64,000 nucleotides of DNA from Amphiscolops sp. MND2022. Lineage: Eukaryota. The notes under the pieces were generated by a model. The model saw nothing but the letters and a program-made list of their open reading frames with translations. It did not search any database and was not told where the DNA came from. Shown one piece after another: positions 60,152-64,000 of this stretch. The stretch is taken from positions 75,144,001 to 75,208,000 of the forward strand of contig OZ076410.1 in assembly GCA_964187785.1 (NCBI GenBank). Reading direction: 5' to 3'. A program made the translations under genes and the position numbers. How positions within the stretch are numbered: position 1 is the stretch's first letter; every line of letters begins with the position of its first letter.

Positions 60152-60671
60152 CTGAAAGATTTAGATATATCCACAATCAGGAATTTTCAAAAATTGATTG
60201 GACTTTCAATTAATAGCAATTAAATGGAGCAATCAATCCAGTGGCAATATTTGAGAGAAAACGATTTTTTTGGCATCCAGTCGATTGCATTAAACTAAGC
60301 ATTGAAATTTGCCACTACAAAAACCCATAAATTCAAAACTATATCATTCTACAAAAACAGTTTCTGCATCCGACATCCTTGAAATATTTGTTCGCCAGCG
60401 TTTTGGCTAAGTGGGGAAATTGGGTTTAAGCAAAGAAAACTTGTGAATTTTGCAGAAACATTGGATGGCACCGTATCTTTTAGCGACAGTCTTGGGAGGT
60501 ATTTCTCAACAACGAGCCTAACGTTAGGGAAACTTCGTTCCCGTCAAAGCTCCGTAGACGTCGATGAGGTCAGCAATATTTCATTTGTTTCAAGCAGATA
60601 AGGTCTATTTTAAAATTACAAATGTTAAACGTGATAAAATAATTATTCGGTGCAAGATTCCTTTACAACAA

Positions 60672-61216
60672 AAACAAACCGGGAACGGCCCAAGTCGGCG
60701 CCATATCTAAGGCTCAAAAATAGCAAAAGGACTTCAATATGTCAGGTAGTCAAGTATTCTCTTCTACAGTACCCGCGTGAAAAAAATTGAAAAAAAATCC
60801 GATTTTTTGAATTTTTTTCCGATTTTTTTTGGTCTCCGGTAAGTCGCACAGTGCCGAAAAATGTAAAAGGGGGGCCGGGGGCCTTTGGGAGTTTTTGAAC
60901 ATCCATTCTTTTGCAAAATAGGAAAAAAATGAAGGGGGAACCCTTTGGAGACATTTAAAAAAAGTCTCACCAAGCCGAAAAAAACCTGCACAAAAAATTT
61001 TTGGTCATGGGCGGGACTCGAACCCACGTCCTTCTCCTTGGCAGACATCGAAAGCTATCCTAATTAACCTCTATGCTAAGTGGCAGTAGAAGTTACAAGT
61101 GTGGCAGTTAGTGGACGCACCTTATAAAGCTTATGAAATCTGTCACTTCGTTGGTCTCAAAAAAATTTAAAAAGGCACTGCTATAGTCTGCGTTTTCTAC
61201 AAAAAGCGCCGACTAA
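60672..61216 (-). mobile_element. Helentron/DINE-1-like element carrying a tRNA-like cassette
   Basis: AAACAAACCGGGAACGGCCCAAGTCGGCGCC ... CTATAGTCTGCGTTTTCTACAAAAAGCGCCGACTAA; A/B-box-like segment at 61002-61087. Confidence 0.65.
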
Positions 61217-62853
61217 TAAGGTTAATTACAACGTTATTTTAGGGTTTTAACAATTTAGCAGTTAAAAAAGTGAATAAGCACACATTTTGACAGCCCTGGC
61301 CTAATCTGAACCAAACGGACAAAATAATGGATGAACTTTGCAGTTAATGCTGGTTTTTTTGTGTAAGAAGTACAAACCTGCACCTCGAAATTTTCACTGA
61401 AAGCATCCAAGTCTTGGAGTTTAGGCTTCGTTACTTCATTAAAATCATTGAAAATAAATTTATTGACCTTTCATATGCAGCCTAAGCTCTGAACGATTGA
61501 TTTAGTTTAACAAATAATAGCTTGCTTTCTGTCAAAAATGAAAGATAAGACGCAAAACAGTTATGCTCGCTTTCTTTGAAAATGACTGAACATTTGTAAG
61601 ATTAATGCTGCCAAAAAATTGTCAATACGGTCAATAAAAACTCAGGCGAATAGGCTCCGCGGATCTTATAAACGACACTGCTCCCTCAGTCCTGTTGGGG
61701 GCCTATTTGAGGTCGCATTTGAGGGAAAGTGTAATTGTGTTTCATAAGGTGACAATGATTTGGAACCTCATTTAGCACCTGAATGCTGAATGAAAACCTA
61801 AATTAGAACTAAGATTGAAGGAAAATTAGGTTTGATAAATTTTCCAGTTCCAACAAAAGTTCTCAGAAATATTTTCAATTTTCGAACACTGTGAAAAAGC
61901 AAGTGTAATAATTTTGATTTAATTGGAAGCATCTAAAACTTGCACTATAATCTTTACTTGAATAGAAAGCGGTATTGACCTTATTTTGATGCAGGCGAAG
62001 CTCTCAGTGAATAATGACATAGATAACACTAGTTCACTCTACGTCAACAAAAAAGTTACCTTTGCTGCCTAGAGTCGAACTTGATGCTTAGAGGAATTAT
62101 ATTTCAGCCAATATTTGTGAAGAAAAAACAACAACCGTCTATCGTTTTAACAGCAATCCATCTTACCCAAAAAAAGGTAACATTGGCGGTAAGATGTTTA
62201 GCACAAAACCCGTGAACATTCGTTTGATGAGAGCTAAGGTGTTTTCTGTGGAAGCCTACGTTGAGGAGACCGTAGCATCATTGACAAATTTATAAGACAA
62301 AAAGGAAACTTCCAAGAAATATTCATTCAAAATTCTCTCCTTAAAGAAGCATGAAGTCGAATTATTTTCGAAAAAAAATATTCGACTCAAATGTAGCCCA
62401 TTAATCTGGTGTTTTGAATGTGCGTACGTGAAAGCTCAAGCTGTCTTCAGTTCAGTGATAATGGACTGGCAAAATTGAAAAAGAAAAAAGTATTTTCTGT
62501 TTTTTTTCAATCAAAGTCTTATTTTGATCTACATTTTGATTTTGAAACAGAGTCAGCAATTCAGGTGGCTCTTCAGTTTTGGAAAAATTTGTTCGAAAGT
62601 GTACTAAGCAGAATGTGAGTGTCAGTATTCAGAAAAATCAAACGTTCAAAGGATGGGGTTGCGAGATCGATCCCAGCCGTAAGCAACACTTTCCGTCTAG
62701 ACGGTTTTCTCAGCACTGTGCAAGTTTTCGGGGAAAAATTAACAGAAAGATTTTGCCTTTTGGGCTTTCTACAGGTTTCAGTTGGAGAAACGTTTTTCGA
62801 GTCTCTTCGGGTATTTTCATCACTGTAAGATTCTTGTCAAAAATTGCCCTTGT

Positions 62854-64000
62854 ATGTGTTCAAAAAACTTTGCTCTTTCTGAGCCTTAAACAGGGCGCAT
62901 ACTTGGACGGTTCCCTGATTGTTCTTATTCTGTAATTGGTACATGTGACTCACTAAAAATGCGCACTTCTAGAGATTCAAGACATGCATCTCCAATCAAG
63001 CTCATTAGTAGGCCTCGAAGCCAAAAATGAACAGTACTTGGAAGATGTGAACACAAAATCGTTTTTTCTTCAAAAACTAGAACAGATAACGAAAACTTAC
63101 TTTGTTTTTCCATTTTCTCTCAAGCTTTTCCTCCGGGGACGAGCCTCTACAGACGGGTGGCTATTAGATCTTTTCCGATGTCGGTAATTTGATTCGGAAC
63201 TAAAACAATCAACTGCAAAACTCTTGGGAGATACATGATATTGATTGGGATAGTTCGCTTGGGTTCAAGATTCTATTACTTTCCAGAAATTTCTCTGTAC
63301 TTTTCATCAACCTAACTCAGTAAAACTTTTGTTTCTCCGAGCAACCCAAGGACAGTAGCAGTACATAGAAGGAAGTTCAAATCCAATGCCTCGGATCAGA
63401 AAAAAATCAAATGCCATTCAAGCATTGAAAATGACCGAAGTTCAAGACCAGTTTCAGCTGATGCTAACGTAAAAAATTGGTTCTCACAGAAATGTCCGAA
63501 CAAACTTTTGTTATATTGTACATAGAGTAGTGATTCTAGAAGCAAATAAACAAATCTAATTGGCTAATGAAGGTCTCACGCGCTCATTTCATTGATCGAG
63601 AGCGATTTCCAAAACATCATTTTTTAGTTTTTTGAATTTTTGACCCATGTGTTCAAAAAACTTTGCTCTTTCTGAGCCTTAAACAGGGCGCATACTTGGA
63701 CGGTTCCCTGATTGTTCTTATTCTGTAATTGGTACATGTGACTCACTAAAAATGCGCACTTCTAGAGATTCAAGACATGCATCTCCAATCAAGCTCATTA
63801 GTAGGCCTCGAAGCCAAAAATGAACAGTACTTGGAAGATGTGAACACAAAATCGTTTTTTCTTCAAAAACTAGAACAGATAACGAAAACTTACTTTGTTT
63901 TTCCATTTTCTCTCAAGCTTTTCCTCCGGGGACGAGCCTCTACAGACGGGTGGCTATTAGATCTTTTCCGATGTCGGTAATTTGATTCGGAACTAAAACA
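62854..64000 (+). repeat. Near-identical direct duplication, period 793 bp (62854-63207 = 63647-64000, continuing past the window end)
   Basis: Identical text from ATGTGTTCAAAAAAC to CGGAACTAAAACA; duplicated ORFs in the track are offset by 793. Confidence 0.9.

Noticed and set aside
59841-60223. Overlapping 111-aa and 88-aa ORFs at the LAP1-like gene start
   Set aside because: Alternate-frame or antisense shadows of the low-complexity N-terminus.

Overview
Repeat-dense animal (eukaryotic) genomic DNA with spliceosomal introns; there are no prokaryotic features and no CRISPR array. The repeat landscape reminds me of acoel genomes, but that is an unverified recollection. Three host genes are supported: a 7-exon divergent p38 MAPK (+, 7728-14661, 369 aa), a 3-coding-exon glucosamine-6-phosphate N-acetyltransferase (-, 56522-51820, 172 aa), and a LAP1/LULL1 (torsin activator)-like membrane protein (-, ~60151-59146). 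Most of the rest is mobile DNA. The window opens in the 3' half of a Ty3/gypsy element carrying pol, a 420-codon methionine-free ORF missed by the ORF track, a 908-aa chuvirus-G/gB-type env-like glycoprotein and possibly a fourth ORF, cut off by a 200-N gap. It also holds a CR1/L2-like LINE RT, several LINE relics including a CRE-like one, a decayed gypsy, a decayed spliced BED-finger element, a very young intact BEL/Pao element (36298-45699, ATCTC TSD, 1.4-kb LTRs), Tc1-type and hAT-type MITEs, and many copies of a Helentron/DINE-1-like non-autonomous family. The strongest novelty candidates are the env-bearing retroelement with its hidden ORF and the GNPNAT1 intron whose 3' end re-encodes the end of the preceding exon. 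All alignments were done by eye.
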